A DNA stretch of 60,642 nucleotides, counting the filler. It is 4 parts of 4 records of this genome, joined end to end, with 100 filler letters (N's around TTAATTAATTAA, not from the genome) between each part and the next. Parts side by side here need not be neighbours in the genome. Positions count along the whole stretch, not along the records: positions 1 to 23,663 come from DRR723986_23743; positions 23,764 to 36,320 come from DRR723986_23749; 2 more parts are not named here. One strand, given 5' to 3'. Below, piece after piece: positions 20,801 through 29,980 of the stretch (the first letter of the stretch is position 1; the number at the start of each line of letters is the position of its first letter). Made by a program: the position numbers and the translations under genes. The notes under the pieces were generated by a model, which was given only the letters and a program-made list of their open reading frames with translations, was not told the origin of the DNA and ran no database searches.

Positions 20801-21508
20801 TTGCAGCAAAATGCTGAAACAATGGCTAAAACCGAGCGGGAAAGTGCTTGGAGAGAAATGGCCAAGCAAGTTGCGCATGAAATCAAAAACCCATTGACTC
20901 CTATGAAACTTTCTATTCAGCATTTAAAGCGATCGGTGAAAGTTGAAGATGAAGAGTCTGCGGAGAAACTAGATAGGGTTTCTAAATCACTCATTGAGCA
21001 AATTGATGCACTTACTAAAATTGCCAATGAATTCTCCAACTTCGCAAAGATGCCAAAGGCCAATGAGCTTGAATTAAATTTATCAGAGATTTTAAAGAAT
21101 GCGGTGGCCGTTTTCTCTGAATATGACGAGCATGAAATAGAATTAGACTTAGAATTTGACGAACCCGCAATGATTTGGGCCGATAAAGACCTTTTATTGA
21201 GGGTGTTTAATAACTTAATTAAGAACGGTATTCAGGCGGCCGAGGTAGATGAATCAGCTCATGTAATAGTTAAACTAACGGCATCTGCCGACACGTTCGA
21301 AGTACAGGTAATTGACAATGGTAAGGGAATTAGTGAAGACGCTAAAGACCGAATATTTGTTCCGTATTTTACAACAAAATCAAAGGGAACTGGTTTAGGT
21401 TTAGCTATGTCTAAACAAATTGTAGAAAACATGAAAGGATCGATACGATTTGAATCAGAGGTGAACAAAGGCACGACTTTTTATGTAACTTTCCCAAAAA
21501 TTAAATAA
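17849..21508 (+). CDS. Large membrane-bound sensor histidine kinase (HAMP-HisKA-HATPase, NtrY-like C-terminus)
   Basis: Many TM segments, HAMP DEIGELV, H-box WREMAKQVAHEIKNPLTP, N-box NLIKNG, G boxes DNGKGI and GTGLGL. Confidence 0.93.
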   Translation: MKSTSKKRFIYGSLLGFLFWLCGSLLYHFQLNAAIDENAVKDFENRYQEKAEQLNEDVLVFKKKVLSADKNRDVFEFAKGLADQTGSDYFIFAKDTLVLWTNNRISLSSYDIDAGSNEGIEFLDNGWYHMSHIRHKDSVFIGAFKVKNQFKHENEDLVNVFDTDLMVEYPAELTFGNDGYPVHDSYGEHVFSVVPKENTAQNQYLEMVIFFCYLLAFIIILQLLITAIQKLLIKRPILLIVVPLSIVFLRFLWLYYNMQGYLSDFELFNPELFASSQFVPSLGDLIINVTIFYFLVQFLLKRTRNWFKEGNKKLKLVVFVVPLFLVSFYAAFKINDIIYSLVYDSKMSFDLEHLFDFSVYSFISLTIIGASFYAYFKLLQYIIIQLKKNDFEWNRLSFLWALTSGIYIAIDQFYFEHSFLTSLWPIFLSGSLLWFQFKEKDYKFIHVISIVAFISFYAAYILQGYSDSNERDLRIAQAELIAKDKDILSEFDYTDVERELQKTKAIQKYLEDDFDMAIFSEEMESKYFIKLKDDYDLTFYLFGGDKKRIVDFGNYDVQDFSRFEDIIALSGQRSSINKNIYFIRDNTDKLTYIAKYPVIENDSTIGYLFTELRSKKFPEDIGLPSLLLEEGANTVYRLKNYSIAKYVDEQLVTHNGDYAYPTIGTEWDQVNTFVTVDEYSHYVYQEDEGYKTIISKKLKSSLSLFTSFSYLLIIFGVLLLIPLGFQQLETGISFKNIKLNVKIQTVLIGLILVTLVAFAVGAGTFVKDQYIESNQGFIKEKLGSVRTELESKLKKDPELREDVAGADYLEYLLKKFSKVFVTDINLFNTKGNLLASSQPKIYSKGLISRKMNADAYHEVHLKKRSEFVHEEQIGRLNYLSAYTPFFNQKGEFLAYLNVQYISRQDEFENQISAFLLAIIDIMVLMLAISTILAITVSNRLTRPLKYIQDSLKNVQIGAQYKPIKYEGTDEIGELVKEYNKKVAELQQNAETMAKTERESAWREMAKQVAHEIKNPLTPMKLSIQHLKRSVKVEDEESAEKLDRVSKSLIEQIDALTKIANEFSNFAKMPKANELELNLSEILKNAVAVFSEYDEHEIELDLEFDEPAMIWADKDLLLRVFNNLIKNGIQAAEVDESAHVIVKLTASADTFEVQVIDNGKGISEDAKDRIFVPYFTTKSKGTGLGLAMSKQIVENMKGSIRFESEVNKGTTFYVTFPKIK

Positions 21509-21513
21509 ACAGC

Positions 21514-22833
21514 TTGGATACTTATACACTCATAATCGGAATTTCGGGAATCATTATTGTTTCTTTTTTCTTCAACATTTTTGCAAAAAAAACAAACATC
21601 CCGAGCGTTTTGATGCTCATTGCATTGGGCGCAGTGATAAAAGAATTCACTCCTGAAAAATTCAATGCAGATGTTTATGCCAACTTGGGAACACTCGAGA
21701 TTATAGGTAAAGTTGGATTGGTGATGATTGTCCTAGAGGCGGCCTTGGATCTAAAATTATCCATGGATAAAAAGAAATTGATTATCAATTCATTGCTGGT
21801 TGCCTTTTTTGGTTTAGTCATTTCTTCTGGCGCCATTGCCGCTTTGATTTATTATCTCGTTCCACAGGCAGATAGCTTTTACAATTGTTTGGTATATGCC
21901 GTTCCGCTCTCTATCATGAGTTCTGCTATAATTATTCCTTCAGTTGGTGGATTAACTGGGGAGAAAAAAGAGTTCATGGTTTATGAAAGCACTTTTTCAG
22001 ACATTTTCGGCATCATGATTTTCTATTTCTTGATTGGTGTTGAAGAAAGTGATGGAATAAAAGACATTGCCTTAAGTGTAGGACTGAACCTTGTAGTGAC
22101 AATTGTTGTTTCGATAGTATCGGCCTATCTCATGGTTTATATTTTCCAGCGATTAACCAGTCAGGTTAAACTTTTTCTAGTGATTTCTCTGCTGATGTTG
22201 ATGTATGCCTTAGGAGCGAAATTACACTTATCTGCTTTACTGATTATTTTGGCATTTGGCCTGGTTCTCAACAATTCAAAAATATTTTTCAGAGGTAATT
22301 TCTTAGGTAAATTAGTAAATGAAGACAAGGTAAAACCCATCATGCACGACTTTCACATTTTAACTTTAGAATCAGCTTTCGTAATCCGAACTTTCTTCTT
22401 CGTCTTGTTCGGGATGTTCATTACGATCGATTCCATCTTTAATTTAAATGTCGCAATAGTGAGTGCTGCAATTATTGCTTCGCTTTTTGTGATGCGATTT
22501 ATTGTGCTCAGGATTATTGTTAAGAAAGATTTTGTGCCACAATTGTACATTGCACCGAGAGGTTTGATTACCATCTTATTATTCTTTGCCATCCCTGCCC
22601 ACCCAGAATTTGTAATTAAAGATTTTGATCCGGGGATTTTGCTCTTTGTTATTTTGATTACCAGTTTAGTGATGACTTGGGCATTGATTGTTTATCGAGG
22701 CGAAAAGGTGGCAGATGTTTTACTGTCTTCATTACCCAACCGTAAAATTGATAAAGATGGTGATGGCGTTGATGATACGCATGCAAAAGAAATTGAAGAT
22801 AACGTGGAGAATCAGGACTTTAATCAGTTTTAG
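21514..22833 (+). CDS. Cation:proton antiporter (CPA family)
   Basis: About 12 TM helices, YES.FSDIFG and APRGLITILLF motifs. TTG start. Confidence 0.85.
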   Translation: MDTYTLIIGISGIIIVSFFFNIFAKKTNIPSVLMLIALGAVIKEFTPEKFNADVYANLGTLEIIGKVGLVMIVLEAALDLKLSMDKKKLIINSLLVAFFGLVISSGAIAALIYYLVPQADSFYNCLVYAVPLSIMSSAIIIPSVGGLTGEKKEFMVYESTFSDIFGIMIFYFLIGVEESDGIKDIALSVGLNLVVTIVVSIVSAYLMVYIFQRLTSQVKLFLVISLLMLMYALGAKLHLSALLIILAFGLVLNNSKIFFRGNFLGKLVNEDKVKPIMHDFHILTLESAFVIRTFFFVLFGMFITIDSIFNLNVAIVSAAIIASLFVMRFIVLRIIVKKDFVPQLYIAPRGLITILLFFAIPAHPEFVIKDFDPGILLFVILITSLVMTWALIVYRGEKVADVLLSSLPNRKIDKDGDGVDDTHAKEIEDNVENQDFNQF

Positions 22834-23548
22834 GATCCTCTTTTTTTGGCAACACAGTGTAGTGATAAATCACAGTGTTTTCTTGAACAGGTTCTTTAGG
22901 TTTGGGTTTATAGCCTGCTTTCCAATATTCCTCTTCAGATTCAAACCCCATTTCTTCTTCAATTTCATATATCATTTTTGCTGGCTGCGGTCCAGATTTC
23001 CGGAAATAAATGGCGATTAATATCCCACTTAATAAACCAATGGCATGCGCCTCCCAAGACACGCCTACCTTGGTTGGAAAAATCCCCCAAACCATACTGC
23101 CATAATAAAAAATCACTGCCAATGAAATGGCTGCAACCCTCATGTTTTTTCTTAAAAACCCACTTATAACTAAAAAAGAAGTTAATCCATAAATTACCCC
23201 ACTCATGCCCACATGGTAAGACTCCCTTGCGAAAAACCACATCATTATTCCTGTAAAAAGATAAATGAACAGAAAGGTTTTTGTGGCAATTGTTCTATAA
23301 TGGTAAAAGAGCATCCAGGTTAATACAAATGTTGGAAGGCTGTTATTTAATATGTGGGAAAAATCTGCAGTTGAATGTAAAAAGGGTGAACTGATGATTC
23401 CAAAAAGTCCTGATAATTTTAAAGGATACAGGCCATATTGATACCAATCTAATTGAAAAGTATAGTCCAGAAAGAACACGAACCACATGATAAACAAAAT
23501 GGTCAAAGATATGCCCAGTGAGATTCTGGTTATTTTATTGGACAGCAT
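22820..23548 (-). CDS. Rhomboid family intramembrane serine protease
   Basis: SPFLH..HILNN, catalytic GMSG and SWEAH..G motifs. Confidence 0.92.
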   Translation of the reverse strand: MLSNKITRISLGISLTILFIMWFVFFLDYTFQLDWYQYGLYPLKLSGLFGIISSPFLHSTADFSHILNNSLPTFVLTWMLFYHYRTIATKTFLFIYLFTGIMMWFFARESYHVGMSGVIYGLTSFLVISGFLRKNMRVAAISLAVIFYYGSMVWGIFPTKVGVSWEAHAIGLLSGILIAIYFRKSGPQPAKMIYEIEEEMGFESEEEYWKAGYKPKPKEPVQENTVIYHYTVLPKKEDPKTD

Positions 23549-23606
23549 GATTTTTACATATCAAAGACCAAGCCCTTCAATAAATGCTGTCAATAAGGCA
23601 GATAAA

Positions 23607-23663
23607 TTACTCTACAGTAACCGATTTGGCAAGATTCCTAGGCTGATCTACGTTACAACCTCT
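23607..23663 (-). CDS. glmS: Glutamine--fructose-6-phosphate aminotransferase, last 18 codons (cut by contig end; not in ORF track)
   Basis: Minus-strand translation RGCNVDQPRNLAKSVTVE* is the characteristic GlmS C-terminus. Confidence 0.93.
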   Translation of the reverse strand, partial: RGCNVDQPRNLAKSVTVE

Positions 23664-23763
23664 NNNNNNNNNNNNNNNNNNNNNNNNNNNNNNNNNNNNN
23701 NNNNNNNTTAATTAATTAANNNNNNNNNNNNNNNNNNNNNNNNNNNNNNNNNNNNNNNNNNNN
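23664..23763. other. Artificial contig spacer
   Basis: 44 N + TTAATTAATTAA (stops in all six frames) + 44 N. Confidence 0.99.
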
Positions 23764-23932
23764 ACCTACAAACTGCAAGCAAATTCACATCCAACACAAG
23801 GCAAATTGATTTAGCGGACTCAACCATCTGCGTTACCCACTCGCCACTCAGGCCACAACAACAAACATAACTGCAAGAAAGCCTGAGACGAAGACAGACC
23901 AGAATGGGCTGCGCGCGGCTCAAAGCGATCAA

Positions 23933-24002
23933 GCCACCACGCCACCATGTCACCATGCCACCACGCCACCAAGCCACCACACCACCATGCCACCATGCCA
24001 CC
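23933..24002. repeat. Octamer tandem repeat (GCCACCAY)n, about 9 copies
   Basis: gccaccac gccaccat gtcaccat gccaccac gccaccaa gccaccac accaccat gccaccat gccacc. Confidence 0.92.
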
Positions 24003-24157
24003 GGCATTTTCTGTCATCCACCCCCGCAATTGTAAGCACAAAGTGTTTAAAAGTCAGCAGCCCAACCGAAACTGTAGATGTGCCTATCTACAAGAATCAG
24101 TCAGGCTGCCAGATTTTCAAGCCTTATTGCCTAAACGACAAACTTCAATGCAGGTAA

Positions 24158-27100
24158 TTAACGCAGCAGTTTAATAGCCATGCTACGCTGATGTACCGTA
24201 CCGTCAGCCAATTTAACACGTGCTCTTAACCAGTACGTACCGGCTCCCAAACGTGCGCCACTGGCGTCGCGAGCATCCCATTGCAGGGAATGCGCGCCGG
24301 CACTGAAAGTGTTAAGAGCAAATTCAGTCATCGTCTGACCAAAGATGTTAACAACTGAGAGCTGGACTTCAGCGTTTTCAGCAAGTGACAAACTGATCTC
24401 AGCTACTTCACTGACAGGATTCGGGCTGACGTTAAGTGTGAGCCATTCGTTCGTGGTTTGCTCGGCGGCGGCGGACAGATCCTGCTTGTACACGGCCGGC
24501 ATTACATTAACTGTTGCAGTTGAAGTTCCACCGTTTCCGTCATCAATCGTATAGGTAAACGTATCGAACTGTGCCGGTGAACCCGACGTGTATTCGAGTG
24601 TTGTACCGCCGCCGGCAATTGCCACCGTACCATGCGCACCGTCGGTTTTAGCACTGATTGTAATACCATCACCATCGGCGTCAAAGTCGTTGTTAAGCGC
24701 CGAAACCGCTTGGGTGTTGTTGGGAATCACGAACAGGACATCATCGATAGCCTGTGGAGCCTGATTGCGATAAAAGACCGAGACGGCATTATCACTACGA
24801 CCGGCACAGTACACGTGGCGACTGTCATTGGAAGCAGCTACGGCACGCACGCGTTTTAGTCCGTCAACACCACCGCTGTTGTCTTTGAGGTGCTCAACAT
24901 ATGTTAAGCTGCAATCTTCCAGATTGCGTTCAAAAACGGCAATAGCATTATCGAGTTCACCAACAACGTAGACCGTCGTACCATCATCGCTAACGCGCAC
25001 ATCGTAGGCACCGTATAATCCGTCAACACCACCCTGACCGTCCTTGAAACGACCGACATAGCTGACTTCGCAGGTGCTCAGGTCAGTCTTGAATACTGCC
25101 AGGGCACGATCCGAATACCCCGAGACGTACACGCTGCGGTTGTCCGGGCTGACAGCAACATCAGAGGCAGCGGCGAGACCGTCAACTCCGTTAACACCAT
25201 CGCGCAGGCGTCTTTGGAAATTAAGCGAACCGTTGCTACGCGAGCGCTTAAATATCGCCAAAGCTTTATCGCCTTTACCCGCAACGTAGACCATTTTACC
25301 ATCGGGACTGGCGGCAACACCCATTGCATTCCTGAGGCCATCAACACCGCCCACACCGTCAACGTAGCGGCCAATGTATGCCATGTTGGCTGCTGAGCTG
25401 TAGGTTTCAAAATGAGCCACGGCACTGCTTCCATACGCCGAAACATAGACTGAGCGGCCGTCGCTGCTGGCGCAGAGGTCGGTTGGGTTTTTCATCTGTG
25501 TGCCGCCGGTTTTGGGGCACAGTACTTTGTTAAGGTCGAGCTCTTCGTTCACATAATCAATGTCAAATACAAGCATCGAATGATCGGCATACGAGGTGAC
25601 GTAGAGCACGGTCTCGTCCGGAGAGAGCGCAATCGCCGAAGGATAGCGCATTTTGCTGACGCCATTATAGTTGTGGCGTGCGCGGCCCAGGTACGTTAAC
25701 GTACCATCAATTGGATCGCGCTCCATCATCACAACGGAATGGTCACTCCAGCCCGCGGCAAAAACATAACGACCATCGGCAGTCAGCTCCACATCGGTGA
25801 CACGTCTGAGACCACGGATTGAGCCGCTGCGGTCTTTTTTGCGTTCAACGTAGCTGAGGTTAACCGGAAATTGTTGTGCGGGCTTAACAGCAATCACAAC
25901 GTTAACCGTTACTGACGTGCACAGACTCTCGCCATCTGCGACGTATGTAAATGTCTCAAAGCCGCTAAGGTTGCTGGGCGCCGTGTAGGTAACTGTACCG
26001 CTGGAAACCCAGCTGACAGTCCCATTCAGTGTGCCCGTTGTAATCAGCTGCAGGATGCTGAGGCCGTCTGACATGTCGTTGGTCAACACGTTAAACGTCA
26101 CGGTATTCCCGGCCGTCACACAGATGTAATCCATTTGGCCGGCAACCGGGAAGGTTGAGACTGCGATTGTAGTAGCGCGTGAGCTGCCATCCATAAAGAG
26201 TTCAGTCACGGTCAACGTTGCAATCGTCAAGTTGTCAATGGTCGCGGCTACATCACCTTCGAGTGAAACACTGCCGAACGTAGCGCCACCAGGAGTGCTC
26301 TCCCAGGAGTAACTATTCATCGTGCTGAAATACAGCAGGCTGTAGCTGGCTTCCGCACCAATACATGCAGTTGTGGAACCGACGATCTGGAGCGGCGGCA
26401 TAGCTTCAAAGGAGCCGATATCCGCCTGACCGTAACGTTCATTTTCGCGCTGGTCGCGGTTGCGCAGGCCTGTCGGCGCACCATTGTTAATTGCCGGGCT
26501 AAGCAGTTCCAGTCCATGCGTAAATGTTGGACCGCCGTTATCGGCCAGTGGTTCGAGCATGGCGTCCAGAGCCGTCGCGGACTCAACAGCGCCACCGGCA
26601 GGTGTCGTCGTTGAGTTTGGATCACCATAACGATCACCTGTGGTATTGGAGCTCAGGTTAAAGTTTCCAAGGTCTCCAATCAGGTTGTAACCATCCGATG
26701 TGAACGCACCACCTACGTCGGGCAGCTCACCGCCACGATCAGTATTTCCGGCAATAATATTGGAGCGAATGCTTGCTCCGGGACCAAAGATTCCGCCACC
26801 GCCGCCGGTTCCGTTGTTGTCGGCGTCGGCGATGTTAAGCGTCAGCGTGTTGCTGGTCATATACATCGCAACTGTCGTATACACAGCGCCGCCACCTCCG
26901 TCAGCTGAGTTGCCGGAGAAAGTATTGTTGTTGGCTGCAAACGTAGAGGTGTTGTACACCGCACCGCCGGAGCCGACCGAGTGATTACTTGAGAGCGTGT
27001 TTCCAGTCGCGGTTAACTTTCCACTGGCAATGTAAGCCGCACCGCCATGGCCGCCGGACCAGTTGCCGCGGATCGAACAGGAGGTCACATTTGTGGTGGA

Positions 27101-29575
27101 GTTGTCATATACATAAATAGCCCCGCCATTGTTTGCGGCAGTACAACTCGCAATCGTACTCCAGCCAACTGTGATGGTGGAGTTGGATGAGTAAATTGCG
27201 CCACCATTTCCACCGGCAGTATTGCCAATCAGATCATTGGCGTCCATGAAACTATTGTATGTATCGACCGCACACACAACCCCGCCATGGCCTTCTGCCG
27301 AGTTGAAAGCAATGGTGTTAACAGCGAATTCAATGACGCTAGCACTTGTTGAGTAGATTACGGCTCCATTTCGCGTCGAGGTGTTGTATTCAAAGAGACT
27401 CTGCTGAATATCCGCATAGCCCGTGATAAGGTGCAAAGCGCCTCCATCGATAGCAGCTGAGTTATTCGTGACCGAACAGCCACGCATTGAGATGTGCGAA
27501 AGCGGTCCGAACTCAAATCCTTCACCAAAGGGAAACCCCTCACCAAGCTCGCCACCGAATTCAATCTCAAACTCTTCGCACTCGTCACATGCAAATGTCT
27601 CAACAGCAACGGCGCCACCATTATTAGTTGCCACATTACCATACAGGTCGCAGGTTTCGAAAAATAGTGCCGAGTTTTTGCCCCAGGCCGCACCACCGTC
27701 CTGTGCAGAGTTGTTCGCAAATGTCGAACGCACAATTACCGGAGCGGAATCGGAAATTCGAAGGGCACCACCATTGTCAGCTGCCACATTGTTGACAAAT
27801 GTACTCGATGTTACAAGCTGTATATCAGAGTTGAATTTGGCCGCACCACCGGAATTTCCGGCCCGGTTGTTATCGAATAAAGAATTGATCACAAACAATT
27901 CACTTCCGTCGTGTTGCCGGAATGCACCACCGTTTTCAGTCTTCGCGTGGTTGTTTGTAAAGGTCGAATTCTCAATTCCCAGGTAGCTGTTTTCGTGGGT
28001 ATAGACAGCTCCACCACTAATTTCGGCTTCATTGCCATCAAAGAAGCTGTCGTAGACTTCCAGATCACTACCATGGTGGGTGTAAATCGCGCCACCACGC
28101 TCGTCTGAGGAGTTGTTGGCAAAGGTTGAGTTTGAGACAACTCCCAACCCAAAGACGATGAGCATGCCACCGCCATCGCGCATCATCGTCTGGTTGCTGG
28201 TGACTGTGCTGCTCGTAATATCCACAATTGATTCTCCAGCGAAAATGGCTCCACCGCCGTAGTGTGCGGTGTTTCCAGACAGCTCTGAGAAGTCAATTTG
28301 CATGTACGCTTCGTCCTCGTCCTGGTAGAGCGCACCGCCGAGTTCAGCTGCATAGTTGTTAACAAATGAGCACGACGTCACCAGGACGGCATCGGGAGCC
28401 AGTACCGCCCCGCCATTTGTGCTGGAGCGGTTGTCCTCAAACTGCGTGGAATGCAGAAACAGCTCACCGCTATAGTGTGCAATCCCCGCTCCGCTGCGCG
28501 TACTGTAGTTGTTAACAAGCGTCGATGATGTAATAACGACAATCCCCGTCAAGCGCAAACCACCGCCATTACGGCCGGCGCTGTTATTCGCAAACGTGGT
28601 ATGCGAAACATTAAGTTTCGGCCCCACATAGCGAATCGCACCACCCGAGTTAGTTGAGTTGTTGTACTCAAATGTACTCGACGTCACGTTCATGCGTTCG
28701 ACCGCCAGAATCGCGCCACCTTCGTCTTCAGTCGAATTGTGGCGGAACTGACTGTCGTAGATGTCCAGAAATTCTTCATCCAGGAAAATCGCAGCGCCGG
28801 CACAGGTCGATTGATTGTACTCAAACTGGCAACTGGCGACCGTCACAACTCCATAGGCGTAGATCGCACCACCGTAAACACCGGCGCGGTTTGTAGCAAA
28901 GGTGCTGCTTGTAACAGTCATGGCGCAGTCATAGACATAAATGGCACCACCAGAGCCATGCCCATAGTTATCGTAGAAATGACTGCCATCGATGATGATC
29001 GTGGAACCCGTCGCATAAATCACCGAGCCGTTCGTGGCGCGGTTGTTATACGCAACGCAGTTATTCATTTCTACCGTGGCATTTGACGCCCGCAGCACGG
29101 AACCACCTGTGGCCCAGGCATCTACAAAGTGCAGATCGGCAAAGGTTACGGTTCCGCCGGTGATACAGAACAGCTGGCTAATAGAAACGCCACTAATAGT
29201 GACTTGCGCGCTGGTTCCGGACTGAATCGTAATATCAGCCGGCACGTTAATACAGCCATTCGTTACTGAAATCTGGCTTGCTGTTTCGATTGAAATGATG
29301 TCACCCGCGGTGGCATTTTCAATTTCGAAGCGTAGCGAACCAGGTAAATTGTTGTCATCCGCTATCGAAACGGAATGAGTTGTGGCGTAGAGGACTGGGC
29401 TGTTTAGGCCCGCCAGAACAAACATCAGGCAGAAAAAAGCACCGAGCATAAGGCGCTTCTTTCCATCCGAAGTAGGCACATGTTTTGGAGTAGGGAACAT
29501 TTTGACTCTCAAGAGTTTTCTCCGCGTATCCGCACGCAAAGACTGTGTTTGTTGAACGACTTTAGCGACTTCCAT
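24158..29575 (-). CDS. Large secreted surface protein: Pmp-like beta-helix repeats, choice-of-anchor Q-like domain, Ig-like domains, lactonase-type beta-propeller and T9SS/FlgD-like C-terminal sorting domain
   Basis: Many FxxN...GGA(I/V/L) repeats, LEPLADNGGPTFTH..SPAIN.G..DIGSFE, DG.GGVDGL..SPD repeats, LNNDFDADGD..FTYTIDDG, and terminal VSPNP..GTYWLR..KLLR. The true start may be a later ATG (29500 or 29449), closer to the hydrophobic signal segment. Confidence 0.88.
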   Translation of the reverse strand: MEVAKVVQQTQSLRADTRRKLLRVKMFPTPKHVPTSDGKKRLMLGAFFCLMFVLAGLNSPVLYATTHSVSIADDNNLPGSLRFEIENATAGDIISIETASQISVTNGCINVPADITIQSGTSAQVTISGVSISQLFCITGGTVTFADLHFVDAWATGGSVLRASNATVEMNNCVAYNNRATNGSVIYATGSTIIIDGSHFYDNYGHGSGGAIYVYDCAMTVTSSTFATNRAGVYGGAIYAYGVVTVASCQFEYNQSTCAGAAIFLDEEFLDIYDSQFRHNSTEDEGGAILAVERMNVTSSTFEYNNSTNSGGAIRYVGPKLNVSHTTFANNSAGRNGGGLRLTGIVVITSSTLVNNYSTRSGAGIAHYSGELFLHSTQFEDNRSSTNGGAVLAPDAVLVTSCSFVNNYAAELGGALYQDEDEAYMQIDFSELSGNTAHYGGGAIFAGESIVDITSSTVTSNQTMMRDGGGMLIVFGLGVVSNSTFANNSSDERGGAIYTHHGSDLEVYDSFFDGNEAEISGGAVYTHENSYLGIENSTFTNNHAKTENGGAFRQHDGSELFVINSLFDNNRAGNSGGAAKFNSDIQLVTSSTFVNNVAADNGGALRISDSAPVIVRSTFANNSAQDGGAAWGKNSALFFETCDLYGNVATNNGGAVAVETFACDECEEFEIEFGGELGEGFPFGEGFEFGPLSHISMRGCSVTNNSAAIDGGALHLITGYADIQQSLFEYNTSTRNGAVIYSTSASVIEFAVNTIAFNSAEGHGGVVCAVDTYNSFMDANDLIGNTAGGNGGAIYSSNSTITVGWSTIASCTAANNGGAIYVYDNSTTNVTSCSIRGNWSGGHGGAAYIASGKLTATGNTLSSNHSVGSGGAVYNTSTFAANNNTFSGNSADGGGGAVYTTVAMYMTSNTLTLNIADADNNGTGGGGGIFGPGASIRSNIIAGNTDRGGELPDVGGAFTSDGYNLIGDLGNFNLSSNTTGDRYGDPNSTTTPAGGAVESATALDAMLEPLADNGGPTFTHGLELLSPAINNGAPTGLRNRDQRENERYGQADIGSFEAMPPLQIVGSTTACIGAEASYSLLYFSTMNSYSWESTPGGATFGSVSLEGDVAATIDNLTIATLTVTELFMDGSSRATTIAVSTFPVAGQMDYICVTAGNTVTFNVLTNDMSDGLSILQLITTGTLNGTVSWVSSGTVTYTAPSNLSGFETFTYVADGESLCTSVTVNVVIAVKPAQQFPVNLSYVERKKDRSGSIRGLRRVTDVELTADGRYVFAAGWSDHSVVMMERDPIDGTLTYLGRARHNYNGVSKMRYPSAIALSPDETVLYVTSYADHSMLVFDIDYVNEELDLNKVLCPKTGGTQMKNPTDLCASSDGRSVYVSAYGSSAVAHFETYSSAANMAYIGRYVDGVGGVDGLRNAMGVAASPDGKMVYVAGKGDKALAIFKRSRSNGSLNFQRRLRDGVNGVDGLAAASDVAVSPDNRSVYVSGYSDRALAVFKTDLSTCEVSYVGRFKDGQGGVDGLYGAYDVRVSDDGTTVYVVGELDNAIAVFERNLEDCSLTYVEHLKDNSGGVDGLKRVRAVAASNDSRHVYCAGRSDNAVSVFYRNQAPQAIDDVLFVIPNNTQAVSALNNDFDADGDGITISAKTDGAHGTVAIAGGGTTLEYTSGSPAQFDTFTYTIDDGNGGTSTATVNVMPAVYKQDLSAAAEQTTNEWLTLNVSPNPVSEVAEISLSLAENAEVQLSVVNIFGQTMTEFALNTFSAGAHSLQWDARDASGARLGAGTYWLRARVKLADGTVHQRSMAIKLLR

Positions 29576-29752
29576 GGGCGCGCTGAGGCATATAATTCAG
29601 TTACACACCAATTGTTACCGTTTTGGAATAATTCAAATTACAGTTTAAAATTTGTCACCTTGCTACTACAATCCTACTACAGTGCTACGCGTCAAAGGCG
29701 GGTTTGAATCTCAAATCGGCGATTCCATTCAGTTTTGGGTGCTTTGGGTGGT

Positions 29753-29827
29753 GTACTGCATGTCTGGCACGCGGTACTGCAATCTTGATTGGCACAAGTT
29801 GCGACGGGATTGGCAGATGTTGCAACG
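29753..29827. repeat. Degenerate direct repeats with about 21-bp period
   Basis: GATTGGCACAAGTTGCGACG (29787) and GATTGGCAGATGTTGCAACG (29808) match 17/20. GTACTGCA occurs at 29753 and 29774. Confidence 0.6.
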
Positions 29828-29924
29828 CAATTCACACAGGTTTTCACGATAATTTCAGCAGCATCGAGTTTCAACTGAACTCAGGCACAGTCTCGCTTCA
29901 CAGCGTTTTTCGGCTGATTTGCTG

Positions 29925-29980
29925 CGCCTCTGCGGCACTTCGCCTCTGCGGCGTTTCGGGACTTCAAGACTTCGGCACAT
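29925..29980. repeat. Degenerate 8/16-nt periodic repeat
   Basis: CGCCTCTGCGGC at 29925 and 29941, continuing as cggcgttt cgggactt caagactt cggcacat. Confidence 0.55.

Noticed and set aside
23708..23719. TTAATTAATTAA as a biological palindrome or CtrA-like site
   Set aside because: Identical copies sit in the middle of all three N runs, so it is an artificial six-frame stop linker.
23933..24002. Possible CRISPR array
   Set aside because: Contiguous 8-nt units with no unique spacers, and no cas genes in the window.
23708..24174. Trp-rich and His/Pro-rich short ORFs (for example MPVAWWHGG...)
   Set aside because: They are translations of the GCCACCAY octamer repeat, and one runs into the N spacer.
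29764..29825. Sigma-54 promoter (TGGCAC...TTGC-like sequences)
   Set aside because: None of the three candidates has the required GG-N10-GC spacing.
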